From positions 2,099 through 66,098 of the forward strand of contig JAHLLB010000017.1 of assembly GCA_020444425.1 (NCBI GenBank): a DNA stretch of 64,000 nucleotides, given 5' to 3'. Shown piece after piece: positions 49,019 to 59,620 of this stretch (position 1 is its first letter; each line of letters starts with the position of its first letter). The notes beneath the pieces are model-generated. The model was not told the origin of the DNA, searched no databases, and saw only the letters and a list, made by a program, of their open reading frames with translations. Both the position numbers and the translations under genes were made by a program. The DNA is from a bacterium (GTDB lineage: Bacteria; Electryoneota; Electryoneia; Electryoneales; Electryoneaceae).

Positions 49019-52000
49019 AACTCACCGCTCCGTCGTTGTACCTCACTCCAGTACATCCGCATCGCCTCTTCCTGCCGCTCGAGATAGTCTTGCATCCGTG
49101 CCTGGAATTCCGCCATCACCTGTTGCGGATCGGCGTCCGGCGGAAACTCGGGCACCGTCGGCGGCACGTTCGGACCTGGCACCGGTGCGGCTTGCTCCGC
49201 CATCGGTTGCGGTTCAGGTTTGTTCCCGTTGGTGTACAACGGCTGCGCCGATTTTTCCTTCTGCTTCGTCTCCTGGGTCAGCAACGGCTGCGTGCCGAAG
49301 TGGCCGATATCCTTGTTCATCGGGCGGGCGTTTCCGCCATTGACGAACCAGGTTGTCGGACGTAGCGGCGGGGGCTTGGTCGTTTCGACGAGATTGTCGA
49401 GGTCGACAAGTTTGACGTCGCGACGGTCGTAGATGAACGGCAGATTGAAGTCGATTCCCCACCCGAACAGGCGCCCGAGCCCGAGCAGGAAGCCGGCGAG
49501 CCCGCCGCCTTCACCGTCCAGAGAGACTGCCCAGTATGGCTTGCGGGCGATCAGGATGTTGTCGCAGAGGTTGGTCAGCAGCGACCGCGGTCCGAGTTCG
49601 ACGAACACGCGCACACCGTCATCGTACATCTTCCGCACGGTGTTGACCCAGTCCACGGGGACGGTCAGGTGGCACGCGAAGCGATCCATCAACTCCTCGT
49701 CATCCGAGGTGTCGATGACGGTTCCGCGCTGGGCGTTGTAGGTGCGCACGTCAGTATCAAGATGAATCTTGAGATCTTTGCAGATCTCGCGCAATTCGGG
49801 TCGCAGCACATGGTACTGCGTGCAGTGATACGCACCAGTGAGCTGAATCTTGTAGGTCTGCAGATCGCGATGTTCCGGATTTTTTCGGAAGGCGATCACG
49901 TCTTCCATCGCGCCGCCAACAACGGTCTGGTTGGTCGCGTTGTAGTTGGCGAGGTTCAGGGACGGGTACTGGTATGCCAGCGCGAGCGCGTGAACCTGGT
50001 CGAGCCCGATCGCCAGCAGCTGGGTATCGTGCTCGAGCGTGAACTCGTGCATTCGCTCCATGCGGCGGTCAAAGAAATCGACCCAGTCTTCCAGCGAATA
50101 GTGGCCTGCGTAGTAATACGATGCCGGTTCGCCGAGAGAATGGCCAGTCGCGAACTTGACATTCAGGTTCATCCCACGCATCAGGTCGATCATGCCCGAC
50201 TGGAAACACGCCAGCGCCAAACCGGACAGCCGTGGATTCAGGAATGGCTTGTTCAGGACTTCATCGTCGTTGCCTGTAAACAGGGACGGTGGGTAGATGA
50301 GATCGCTGAACTTGTTGCCGTGACGGCCATCGAGGACCTGGTTGACCTGGTTAATGCGGTTTTCCAGCTCCGGCATCACCGATACCATTTCCGCGTGCTG
50401 GCCGACGTATTGCGAACCCTGGCCGGGGAAGAGGAAGCCGACGGTTTTGCCCCTGGCTTCGAGTTCGTCCGTGATGCGGATATTGTTGTCCAGCGGCCAG
50501 GTCGCTTCGCCACGTAAATGTGGCAGGGAGTGGTCGAGGGACTTTCGCAGGTGCTTCAGGTCGCGTGCCACGATCGTCAGCGTGGCGGGCATTTCCTTGT
50601 GGTTCCACGCCCGTTTCAGCATGCTGTAGGCGAGATCGCAGAGGCGCGGTTCGGCACCGTCGTCAATGTCGGAAATCAGCTTCTCCGCCTGCCGGATCAG
50701 CTCGTCACGGTTGTCCCCCTTGATCAGGAACAGTTCCGCACTCCACTCGGTATCGGCGGCTACCCGTTTGCGCTGCTCGTCGGGAGTTTCCTCGAGGACA
50801 ACGTGGAAATTGGTCCCGCCAAATCCGAAGGCACTCACCCCAGCGCGGCGTGGCACATCGGTACGGCGTACCCACGGCTGCGGATTCTCAATCAGGTAGA
50901 CTGGCGAATCCTTGTCCGTGATGATGTCGAGCGGTTGGTCGACGCCCATCTGCGGCGGCAGCATCTTGTGGTGCAGGGCCATGCTGGATTCAATCAGACT
51001 GGCGATCCCGGCCGAACCCTTCAGGTGGCCGACTTGCGCCTTGACCGAGCACACCGCGACCGACTTCGGCGCAGCGTTGTTTTCCTTCAAGGTCTCAACG
51101 ATGGCAGCGACTTCGGCGTTATCTCCGGCGACGGTTCCGGTCCCATGCGCCGCGATCAGCCCGACGGTTGAGATGGAGAAACCGGCACGCTTGTACGCGC
51201 GTCGCAGCGCTCGTTTCTGTCCCGGCGGGTAGGGCGTGAACAGGCTTTTCGCCTTGCCGTCACTGGAGCTTCCCCAACCTTTTATCACGGAGTAGATGCG
51301 GTCGTCGTCGCGGACGGCGTCTTCGTACCGTTTCAACGCGACCATGCCGACACCTTCGCCGATGACGATCCCGTCCGCCTTCTTGTCGAACGGAATCGAC
51401 CGTCCGGTGGGCGACAGGGCCTGGGTGCGGGCGAGGCTGAAGTAGGCGTACGGTCCCTGGTGAGTGTCCGTGCCACCGGCGAGGACGAAATTGGCGTCCC
51501 CGTTAAGGAGCTCCTGGCAGCCCTGGGCAACGGAGGCCAGCGATGACGCGCAAGCGGCGTCGATAACCTGGTTCGTTCCGCCAAAATCGAACCGGTTGGT
51601 TATCCGGCCGGCGACGACATTCTGCAACGCGCCGACAAAGCTGGTTTCGGTCCAATCGGGCAGACGTTCGAGCACGTCGGGCGGGACATCGTGCAGCAGC
51701 TGCGCCAGTTCACTGCGCGCCGCGAGCCGTTGTCCCATCTCGGCCATACCCATGGTGTAGCCGATGAAGACGGACGTGTTTTCCTTGTCGATACCACGTT
51801 CGAACGCGCCGGAATCTTCCAGCGTCTGGCGGGCGACGTCAAGGGTGATAAGCTGGGCCGGTTCGACGGAGTTCACCGTCGAGGGCGGGATGCCGTATGT
51901 CAATGGATCAAAAGGGACATCAGGGATGAAGCCGCCCCATTTGGCGTAGAGTTCGTCCTTGGATGTGCGATCATCATTGAAATACACACGCCAGTCCCAG

Positions 52001-52135
52001 CGATCACGCGGGATTTCGCTGATCGCGGGAACCTTGCGCAAAACATTCAGCCAGTACTCGCGGGTTGTGGTGGCACCGGGAAAGACGGACGCCATGCCCA
52101 CAATTGCGATGTCTGCACTGCGACGCTCTGACATT
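49003..52135 (-). CDS. type I polyketide synthase-like protein, ketosynthase-acyltransferase (KS-AT) didomain with Pro-rich C-terminal tail; no ACP/KR/DH
   Basis: KS motifs DAACASSL (Cys), HGTGT, VGHLKGSAG; AT motifs GFLFPGQGSQ and GHSLGE; GGAGG SD then ATG 52135/52126 (MGLMSERRSADIAIVGMASVFPG); ORF track start is 52215. Confidence 0.8.
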
Positions 52136-52704
52136 AACCCCATTCCTCCGAAAACGAACGGACTGCATAGCTGGTCGTATGGCCAGACGAATAAGGTAGC
52201 TTTCCCAGTCCGCAAACGCGAGTGACGTGCCTCACGGTTGCCGAGTCAGATCGGAGTTCTCATTCCGGAAAATACCGAATAATTTCGGGGTTACGTCGTT
52301 AGTATTGCGGATATCCGTTTTATTCATGGTGGTCGTTACGAACGAATACAAACTCCCTGCAGTATGGGATTCGTGGTCCTTGATTCTTTTTTCGCTTGCA
52401 CGGATGTTCTGCTATTTTTCCATGCAGTAGGGGAGTGAGATGCTCGGGTGTGCTACAGGGAGAATTCGCGTTTGATCAGATGTCGAATTCGCTCGTGGTT
52501 GAGTTGCCTGTTCGCGGTGCATCACCTACTTTAAAGGCTCTGTTCCGGCGCGGAAAAACAGCCGTTTTACGGGGTCGTGCCGTGGGTGCGAACTCACGCA
52601 ATGCAAGGCGGCATGCGGGCCGGATGTCCAATCGCGGATGGACGATTCCTTTCTACGATTTCAAGGTTACGATAGCAGTGGACAAAGGCGAAGGAGGCTT
52701 TCTG

Positions 52705-54789
52705 GTGAAGTCCATGTACAGGCCACCGTTCGGTCTGGCTCTGCTCGGGTTGCTGGTAGTGCTGTTGATCAGCCTGCCGGTGAGCGCGCAAATGGAGCCG
52801 GACCGTCCCACCCCACCCGGCGAACCTGATCCGGTGACCGTGTATACACGTGTTGCTGATGCGGGTACGGCGGACGATTACGACCACGACTACATCATCG
52901 TCGTCGATCATTCGATCAGCCGTGTGATGGACACCGGCGTGACTTACGTCGACCTCTACACCGTCTACAAGGTGTTGACCGAGAACGGCGTGCAGGCGAT
53001 GAGCGCGTTGGATTGGCATTACGATCCGCGCAGCAGTTTCGTCAAGGTCAACGAAGTGAACATTATTCGTAACGGCGAACGCATCCCGGTAAGCGTGGAC
53101 CTGGTGCAGGATCTGCCCGCTCCGCAGAGTGCAATTTACTGGAGTGACCGGATCAAGAACCTGCAGCTGCCGCGGTTGAAGGTTGGTGACGGCATCGAGG
53201 TTGTCGCGCAGCGCAAGGGCTACAACTACGCGTTGCTCGACGATGCGGCCGGGGAAGCGTCCCGCATGGGTAATGCCGCAGAAGACATCCGCAGCGTGGA
53301 CGATAACAAGTACATCCCGCCGATGGCCGGGCACTACTTCGACATCGTTGTGATGCAGGCCGATGTCCCGATGGTCGAGAAGAAGTATGAGCTGATTCTG
53401 CCGAAGGACAAGTTCCTGCAGAGCCAGATCTACAACGCTCCGGCGTACATGAAGACACACTACGACGCCGAACACATTACCTATACCTGGTGGGCGTATG
53501 ACATCCCCGCGAATCCGCATGAGCCCCGTCAGCCGGGCGAGTGGGATGTGTCGCCGAAGGTGGTGATGACCACGGCGGAGAGCTGGGAGCAGAAGTCGCA
53601 GTGGTTCTTCGATGTGAACAAGAACCAGTTCGAGGTTACCGAGGATATCAAGGCGCAGGTCAACCAGATCCTGAAGGATGCGGGTCTCAACGACAAGTCC
53701 GATCCGATGGACAAGGCGAAGGCGTTGAACCACTGGGTCGCGCAGAACATCCGTTATTCGGGCCAGACGATGGGCGAGGGTGAGGGCTTCACGTTGCACC
53801 CGTCCGACGTGCTGTACGAATACCGTTCCGGTGTCTGCAAGGACATCGCGTCAATGTCGATTACCTTCCTGCGCGCGGCCGGGCTGGATACGTATCCGGC
53901 GATGACGATGGCCGGTGCGACGATTGAAGACATTCCGGCCGACCAGTTCAACCACTGCGTGGTCGCGTGGGAGAAGGAACCGGGCCAGTTTGTCATGCTC
54001 GACCCGACCTGGGTACCGTACAACAACGACGTGTGGTCGAAGCTGGAAACCGAGCAGCAGTACGTGATCGGTCATCCGGACGGTGTCGATCACCTTGGCG
54101 AGATTCGTTACAGCCCGCCGGCGGAATCGCCGCTGTACGCGACCAACGAAGCGACGTTGAGCGAGGATGGTACGCTTTCGGGCACGCTGTACCTGAAGGG
54201 CAGCGGCGCGTTGGACAGCCGTCTCCGCCGCATCTGCTACAACAGCCAGAAGCGCGCGTTGGACGATGTCTTCGCCGGTGTGTTCGCGCACGCGAGCGAA
54301 GCGGTGGTGGTCAAGGACGTCGAGCACCGTGGCCTGATGGACTTCAGCGGTGACATGTGGATCAACATCGAATACGAAATTCCGGGCTACGCGATGATGG
54401 TGGATGGTGGCCTCGAATTCACCCCGATGATCGCGAACGCGGTCAAGGATCATGCTTACCTGTTCCGCGCTGGGGCGGTCAACTGGCCGGAGGATCGTCA
54501 GAACGACGTCTTCCTGTATTATACGCAGCGTCTCGACCTGACCGAGACCATCAAGTTGCCGGGCGGTTACGAGCTGGCAAATGATGTGAACGTGGAAGCG
54601 GTGGACGAAACGTTTGCCAGCTTCGAACAGGATGCGAAGATGGACGGCCGCAAGCTGGTGCTGCATTCACGGACCGAAGTGAAGCGCCGCCAGTTCCCGC
54701 CGTCCGGGTATGCCGGGTTCACCAAAGCGATCGACCAGTTGGATGATTATGCCGGCAGCGTTGTTCGTGTGACGAAGGGAGGTGCGTGA
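52705..54789 (+). CDS. transglutaminase-like cysteine protease superfamily protein with N-terminal DUF3857-like domain; secreted
   Basis: AAGGAGG SD then GTG 52705 (VKSMYRPPFGLALLGLLVVLLISLPVSAQ signal). Transglutaminase core triad: GVCKD (Cys), NHCVVAW (His), MLDPTW (Asp). Confidence 0.8.
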   Translation: MKSMYRPPFGLALLGLLVVLLISLPVSAQMEPDRPTPPGEPDPVTVYTRVADAGTADDYDHDYIIVVDHSISRVMDTGVTYVDLYTVYKVLTENGVQAMSALDWHYDPRSSFVKVNEVNIIRNGERIPVSVDLVQDLPAPQSAIYWSDRIKNLQLPRLKVGDGIEVVAQRKGYNYALLDDAAGEASRMGNAAEDIRSVDDNKYIPPMAGHYFDIVVMQADVPMVEKKYELILPKDKFLQSQIYNAPAYMKTHYDAEHITYTWWAYDIPANPHEPRQPGEWDVSPKVVMTTAESWEQKSQWFFDVNKNQFEVTEDIKAQVNQILKDAGLNDKSDPMDKAKALNHWVAQNIRYSGQTMGEGEGFTLHPSDVLYEYRSGVCKDIASMSITFLRAAGLDTYPAMTMAGATIEDIPADQFNHCVVAWEKEPGQFVMLDPTWVPYNNDVWSKLETEQQYVIGHPDGVDHLGEIRYSPPAESPLYATNEATLSEDGTLSGTLYLKGSGALDSRLRRICYNSQKRALDDVFAGVFAHASEAVVVKDVEHRGLMDFSGDMWINIEYEIPGYAMMVDGGLEFTPMIANAVKDHAYLFRAGAVNWPEDRQNDVFLYYTQRLDLTETIKLPGGYELANDVNVEAVDETFASFEQDAKMDGRKLVLHSRTEVKRRQFPPSGYAGFTKAIDQLDDYAGSVVRVTKGGA

Positions 54790-56714
54790 TGAATCGCAAA
54801 TCTCTGCTGCTGACGGTATTCTCGCTGCTCTTGATTGTTGCGGCGGCCATCCCGGGATACGCCGAGCCGATGACCTATTCGGGCAATCTCGATATTGGCC
54901 AGATGATGGATGAGGCCCAGCGTGTCTGGGACTTTGACGATCACGACTCGATCGTGCTGCTCGAAGGTGTGCGCTACACGTGGATGGAAGACGGCCGTCT
55001 CGCCGAACAGCATCACCGTGTTGTCTGGATCAGCACCGAGCATGGCATTGACCATTACGCCGACCTGCGTGTGCCGTTCGACAGCGACCGGCAGGAGCTG
55101 AAGGTGCGGGCGTTGCGGACCTGGCGTGACGACCGTTGGATCGAATACCGCAAGACGGCGATCGTGGAAACGACTCCGTATGCGTTCCGCGACACGCCAG
55201 ACTACAACGGCATCCGTGAGACGATGCTGCTGCATGACGGTGTCGAGCTGCCATGTATCCTCGAGTGCAGCTACACCATCGAGGACAAGGAAGCGTACCG
55301 CGGCGGGTTCGAAGGCCAGTGGACGTTCCAGCACAACGATCCGACGCTGAACAGCTGGCTGATCATCGAAGCGCCGAACGAAGTTCCGGTAAAGGTGATG
55401 AGCTTGAACGGGGCGATCGAACCGAGCAACGAGCTGCCGGGAACCGACGCTTCGGAGCAGGTGTTCTCGTACCGGATGAAGAAGATGGAACCGGCACCGT
55501 TGCCGGCGACCAATGATCCGGCGGCGTATCTGCCGACCGTGCAGTGGTCGACGTTCAACAGCTGGGTCGAGCTGGGTAATCAGCTCAAGGGCCAGTTCCT
55601 GACCAAGTCGATGATCACTGACGCGCTGCGTGACAGCCTGAACCTGTTGTTGGAAGACGCTGAGACGATGGTCGAGAAGGCACATCGGATCGCGGACTTC
55701 GTTGACAGCCACCAGCGCTACGTCAGCTACGATGGCAAGTGGTTCCTGCCTCGCGTACGTCGTGCGGGCCGGACGTACGAAACGGCGTACGGTGTCGCCA
55801 TCGACCAGAGCGTGCTCACCGCGACGTTGATGCGGGAAGCAGGCTTCGAGGTGTGGCCGGTGCTGCTGAGCGAAGGCTTTGGCAACGTGGACGAAGGCAT
55901 CGCGACATTTGCGCGGTTCCAGGTGCCGGGTGTCTGGGTCAGCGGCCCGGGCGTGGAGGCGTACTGGGATCCGGCGAGTGGTACGTTGCACAACGGTCTC
56001 GCGCCGATCTACAACCGTTCGGTGTGGTTGCCGGGGTATGACGATCAGCCGATGCTGCGTTGGTCGGGTGATGGCCAGGGTAGCCGTGTGCTGGCGAGCT
56101 TCGAGCTGAGTTGGTGCCCGAAGAATGAAGTCTGGCACGGCACAGGGTACTACGAAGCTGGCGGCGGTTTCTCGCCGTTCGACAAGATGGAAGGCGGTGG
56201 CAACAGCGCGAACGATCAGCTGACCAGCGTCTGCAAGGGCGTGTTCAGCGGCGCGAAGGTGACGCAGTTCAGCCCGATGAGCTTTGACCGCTTCACGGTT
56301 GCCTCCGACTTGTCGTTGACCGTGCCGAAGGCCGATTGCGACAACCTTGGCCGAATGCCGGTGGTTGTCGGTGCTCCGGGCGGTGGCTTGATGGATCTGC
56401 TGCCGGGCTATGTGCCGTTGCACATCGCTGACCGTGGCACGCCGGTCCCGTTGCCGGGTTCGGGCGAGCAGATGGTCAAGTTGCAGCTCGATGTGTCGGG
56501 GTTTGACGTGGTTCGTGTGCCGGAATCGATGGCGATCAACAACGAAGCTGGCAGCTTTGAGTTGACCGTCGAACAGGACGGCGACATGATCACGTTGAAC
56601 CGTTACCTCAAGGTGAACAAGTCGCTGTACGGCGTCGAAGAATGGCCGCAGCTGCGTGAGCTGTTGCTGGCGGAAGAGAGTGCGTCGAACCAGACGATTC
56701 TGCTGACAAAGTAA
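54786..56714 (+). CDS. DUF3857 domain-containing secreted protein (paralogous partner of the upstream transglutaminase-like gene)
   Basis: AAGGGAGG SD; start overlaps the upstream stop (GTGATGA); signal peptide MMNRKSLLLTVFSLLLIVAAAIPGYA; no catalytic Cys/His core recognised. Confidence 0.7.
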   Translation: MMNRKSLLLTVFSLLLIVAAAIPGYAEPMTYSGNLDIGQMMDEAQRVWDFDDHDSIVLLEGVRYTWMEDGRLAEQHHRVVWISTEHGIDHYADLRVPFDSDRQELKVRALRTWRDDRWIEYRKTAIVETTPYAFRDTPDYNGIRETMLLHDGVELPCILECSYTIEDKEAYRGGFEGQWTFQHNDPTLNSWLIIEAPNEVPVKVMSLNGAIEPSNELPGTDASEQVFSYRMKKMEPAPLPATNDPAAYLPTVQWSTFNSWVELGNQLKGQFLTKSMITDALRDSLNLLLEDAETMVEKAHRIADFVDSHQRYVSYDGKWFLPRVRRAGRTYETAYGVAIDQSVLTATLMREAGFEVWPVLLSEGFGNVDEGIATFARFQVPGVWVSGPGVEAYWDPASGTLHNGLAPIYNRSVWLPGYDDQPMLRWSGDGQGSRVLASFELSWCPKNEVWHGTGYYEAGGGFSPFDKMEGGGNSANDQLTSVCKGVFSGAKVTQFSPMSFDRFTVASDLSLTVPKADCDNLGRMPVVVGAPGGGLMDLLPGYVPLHIADRGTPVPLPGSGEQMVKLQLDVSGFDVVRVPESMAINNEAGSFELTVEQDGDMITLNRYLKVNKSLYGVEEWPQLRELLLAEESASNQTILLTK

Positions 56715-56746
56715 ACGACGTTCAAAGCGTGCAGTTGTTGATTTCA

Positions 56747-56780
56747 GGGCGTCCCGTTCATGGGGCGCCCTTTCTGTTTG
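56747..56780 (+). terminator. intrinsic terminator after the DUF3857 gene
   Basis: AGGGCGTCCC-GTTCAT-GGGGCGCCCT followed by TTCTGTTT. Confidence 0.7.
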
Positions 56781-56899
56781 CGAGACAGCATGAAAATTTG
56801 TGGAATTGCCGTGATCACTTTGGATATCAGGGATTCTGGTGTATGTTAGAGAATAGAATCTGAGCAGTCATAATTTTCGCTTCAGCCACAGGGGGAACA

Positions 56900-58681
56900 A
56901 TGAAGCGCTACATCGTTTTTCTCGCAACTCTTCTCCTGCTACTTGCATCCGCCATCCACGCACAGCCTGACTTCACCGAACATGTCCTCTCCGACGAATA
57001 CTGGAACTCGAATACGATCGACGTGATTGACGTGGACGGCGACGGTGACCTCGATGTCATTTCATCCCGAGACGGTAGCAGTGGCGAGCTCGGCTGGTGG
57101 GAAAACCTGGGCGAGCTTCAGTTTGACTATCACTTGATTCAAAGTCTGTCCAATCCAGCCCGCTTGATGGGCGGTGATCTTACGGGCGATGGTCTGGTTG
57201 ATATTGTCGTCGCGTTCGATCACAGTAGCCGGATTCTGTGGTGGGAGAACCAGGGAGCAAACAGTTGGGCCGTCCACACGATTACCGACTATTTCCCCGA
57301 TGCTCGCAGTATCGACCTCGTCGACATGGACGGTGATGGTGATCTGGACGTACTTAGCTGCGGGCAGTACCGCGTAACGTGGTTTGAAAACCTGAATAGC
57401 TATTTCTTCCCGAGTCACGATCTGGATGCGGACTTCCCCGGTGCGGCGATGGCTGTCGGGCAGGATTTCGACCTCGATGGCGACGTGGATGTCTTCGGCG
57501 CGGCCTATATCGAGGGAGAGACTGCCTGGTGGGAAAACGATGGCGACCAGAATTTTAGCCGCCAAAACCTGCCGGGTTCACCGGACGATCCACATTGGCT
57601 GGAAGCTGCCGATTTGGATGGTGATCAGGATCTTGATGTCCTTGTCAGCTCCCGTGACGATAACCTTGTGATGTGGTATGAAAACACCGGGTCCGCGTTT
57701 ACGCCGCATCCGATCGCGCTGAATATCTACGGAGCGCAGGGAATGGCAGCCGCGGACTATGATAACGATGGTGACAACGATTTTATCGTCGCAGCACGGG
57801 CCGCAGGTGTACTACTCTACTTCGACAATGACGGCGGCCTGTTCAGTGGCAGTATCGTCGGGAGCGGGTTGACTGAGGTTGGTTATGTCAGCGCCGGGAA
57901 TTTCGATGGTGACGGGGATATTGATTTCGTTGCCAGCTGCCGCCTTGGTCACAGGATTTCAGTCTGGGAATCGCATGCGAACGACTTGACGGAGTCTCTC
58001 ACGATCAACCTGGAACCGTTCAACCCACCGGTGATACTCCCGCCTGTCGGGGGGACGGTGTATTTTACGGCTACCATCTCAAATGGTACGGATGCCGATT
58101 TCGCCGGTGTTGGCTGGGCCAACGCGTTGACGCCCAACGGCAATCCCATCTACTTCCAGGAGGTGTTTCCGATCTCGGTGGCAGCCGGGTCGGAAGTCAC
58201 GTACCCGTACCTGCAGTTAAATTGCCCGTATTGGGCTCCGGCGGGAGACTACGTGTTTCAGGGCGTTGTCGGCGAACAGTTCCACGACATGCTTGATGAG
58301 GACCATTTCAGCTTCAGCAAGGTGAGCGGCTCAGCTGTGGATATCGCCGTACAAGACTGGAGCTTGTCCGGGATTGAAACGGGTGATGAGGGAATTCTGA
58401 ACGAAATGCCCGTATCAGCTGAGTTCGTCATGACCGCCTACCCGAATCCGTTCAATCCAACTACGACGGTCTATCTTGAACTTCCGGAAGCAGGATCGAT
58501 AGCTGTAGCCGTTTACGATGTACAGGGCCGATTGGTACAAACACTTGCGCACGGCCGGCATCCCGCGGGACGTCACACCTTCCAGTTTGATGCGGTCGAC
58601 ATGGCTGCCGGAGTGTATTTCCTGCGCGGCCGTGCTGTGGGCTACGAGGCAGTATCCCGAAAACTGGTGCTGCTGAAATAG
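56900..58681 (+). CDS. FG-GAP repeat protein with T9SS (Por) C-terminal sorting domain
   Basis: Signal peptide MKRYIVFLATLLLLLASAIHA; repeated DxDGDGDLD integrin-like calcium loops with W-rich spacers; C-terminal YPNPFNPTTTVYLELP...GVYFLRG matching the T9SS type A CTD. Confidence 0.85.
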   Translation: MKRYIVFLATLLLLLASAIHAQPDFTEHVLSDEYWNSNTIDVIDVDGDGDLDVISSRDGSSGELGWWENLGELQFDYHLIQSLSNPARLMGGDLTGDGLVDIVVAFDHSSRILWWENQGANSWAVHTITDYFPDARSIDLVDMDGDGDLDVLSCGQYRVTWFENLNSYFFPSHDLDADFPGAAMAVGQDFDLDGDVDVFGAAYIEGETAWWENDGDQNFSRQNLPGSPDDPHWLEAADLDGDQDLDVLVSSRDDNLVMWYENTGSAFTPHPIALNIYGAQGMAAADYDNDGDNDFIVAARAAGVLLYFDNDGGLFSGSIVGSGLTEVGYVSAGNFDGDGDIDFVASCRLGHRISVWESHANDLTESLTINLEPFNPPVILPPVGGTVYFTATISNGTDADFAGVGWANALTPNGNPIYFQEVFPISVAAGSEVTYPYLQLNCPYWAPAGDYVFQGVVGEQFHDMLDEDHFSFSKVSGSAVDIAVQDWSLSGIETGDEGILNEMPVSAEFVMTAYPNPFNPTTTVYLELPEAGSIAVAVYDVQGRLVQTLAHGRHPAGRHTFQFDAVDMAAGVYFLRGRAVGYEAVSRKLVLLK

Positions 58682-58734
58682 GGATGCAGCCATCGGATGC
58701 GCATTGTGTCAGATTGCACGGACAGCGATCCAGG

Positions 58735-58775
58735 AGATACAAAACACCCCCGGTCGAAATTCTGGCCGGGGGTGT
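58735..58775 (-). terminator. terminator hairpin between convergent genes
   Basis: Perfect 10-bp stem ACACCCCCGG/CCGGGGGTGT; on the minus strand followed by TTTTGTATC. Confidence 0.65.
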
Positions 58776-58804
58776 TCAGTTGCTTCCGAGTATGTCTATG
58801 GTCA

Positions 58805-59512
58805 CTAGTCTTTCGTCACCACTGCGAGCAGGCTCACCGCTGCGAACGGGAGCGGCGTGGTGTCGAAACCGAAGACGGTACGCTGCAGGAATTCACGCAC
58901 GGCCCGGGGTTTCGCGCGATCCATCGGTGCGGTGATGTGGTGTATGCTGATCCGCTCGAATCCACCATTCCGCAACGTTCGTTCGAGCTTGGTCCGGGAG
59001 TAGATCCGCGCTTTCGCCCACCGGGAATGGATCGACTCCGGCAACCAGGAGAAAAACGGGACCCGGTTCCATGGGAGCAGTGGGAGGTGCGCGCCGTGGG
59101 TTTCGAAGATCCACCACTTGTGTGGCACGGAGATGACGGCTTGTCCGCCCGGTTTCAGCACACGATGAATCTCGAGTATGGTTCTCACCGGACTGACAAC
59201 GTGTTCGATAACTTCGTAGGACACGACGGCGTCGAAATAGTTGTCCGGAAAGGGGAGTTCTTCACCGGCGGCGGTGACCCATCGCGCGTCGATGCGCGTT
59301 TGCTTCAGCAGTGACGGCTGAATGTCCACCCCGACGACTTCGTCAAACGCGGGCGCGAACAATTCGGTCAATGCTCCGTTACCGCATCCCAGATCGAGCA
59401 GCCGTCCACCGTTCTGCACGATGTTGGAGAAGCGTTTCGTGAGCCGAAACCGTCTGCCGAGAATCTTTTCGCCCGCTTCGGCGGGTTTTCCGAGTGCGAC
59501 GCGCTGGTTCAT
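58805..59512 (-). CDS. class I SAM-dependent methyltransferase
   Basis: Likely start MNQRVALGK at 59512, internal to ORF 58805..59617; motif I LLDLGCGNGALTELF; acidic residue after beta-2 (VVGVDI). Confidence 0.8.
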   Translation of the reverse strand: MNQRVALGKPAEAGEKILGRRFRLTKRFSNIVQNGGRLLDLGCGNGALTELFAPAFDEVVGVDIQPSLLKQTRIDARWVTAAGEELPFPDNYFDAVVSYEVIEHVVSPVRTILEIHRVLKPGGQAVISVPHKWWIFETHGAHLPLLPWNRVPFFSWLPESIHSRWAKARIYSRTKLERTLRNGGFERISIHHITAPMDRAKPRAVREFLQRTVFGFDTTPLPFAAVSLLAVVTKD

Positions 59513-59537
59513 GACCGTTCGAGATAGTGAATGTGCA

Positions 59538-59573
59538 GGAAAAAGCCTCGTCCCCGAAATTGGGGACGAGGCT
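59538..59573 (-). terminator. intrinsic terminator after the beta-helix T9SS gene
   Basis: Perfect 12-bp stem AGCCTCGTCCCC/GGGGACGAGGCT; on the minus strand followed by TTTTTCCTG. Confidence 0.75.
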
Positions 59574-59620
59574 GAATGTACCGCATTGGCAACGGCGCTC
59601 CAAGTCGGATCGGGCACCGT

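Noticed and set aside
52594-56423. 401-aa and 558-aa minus-strand ORFs opposite the transglutaminase-like and DUF3857 genes; 271-aa ORF 53851..54666
   Set aside because: Plus-strand proteins have signal peptides, SD sites and a transglutaminase catalytic core; minus frames are Arg/His-rich low-complexity.
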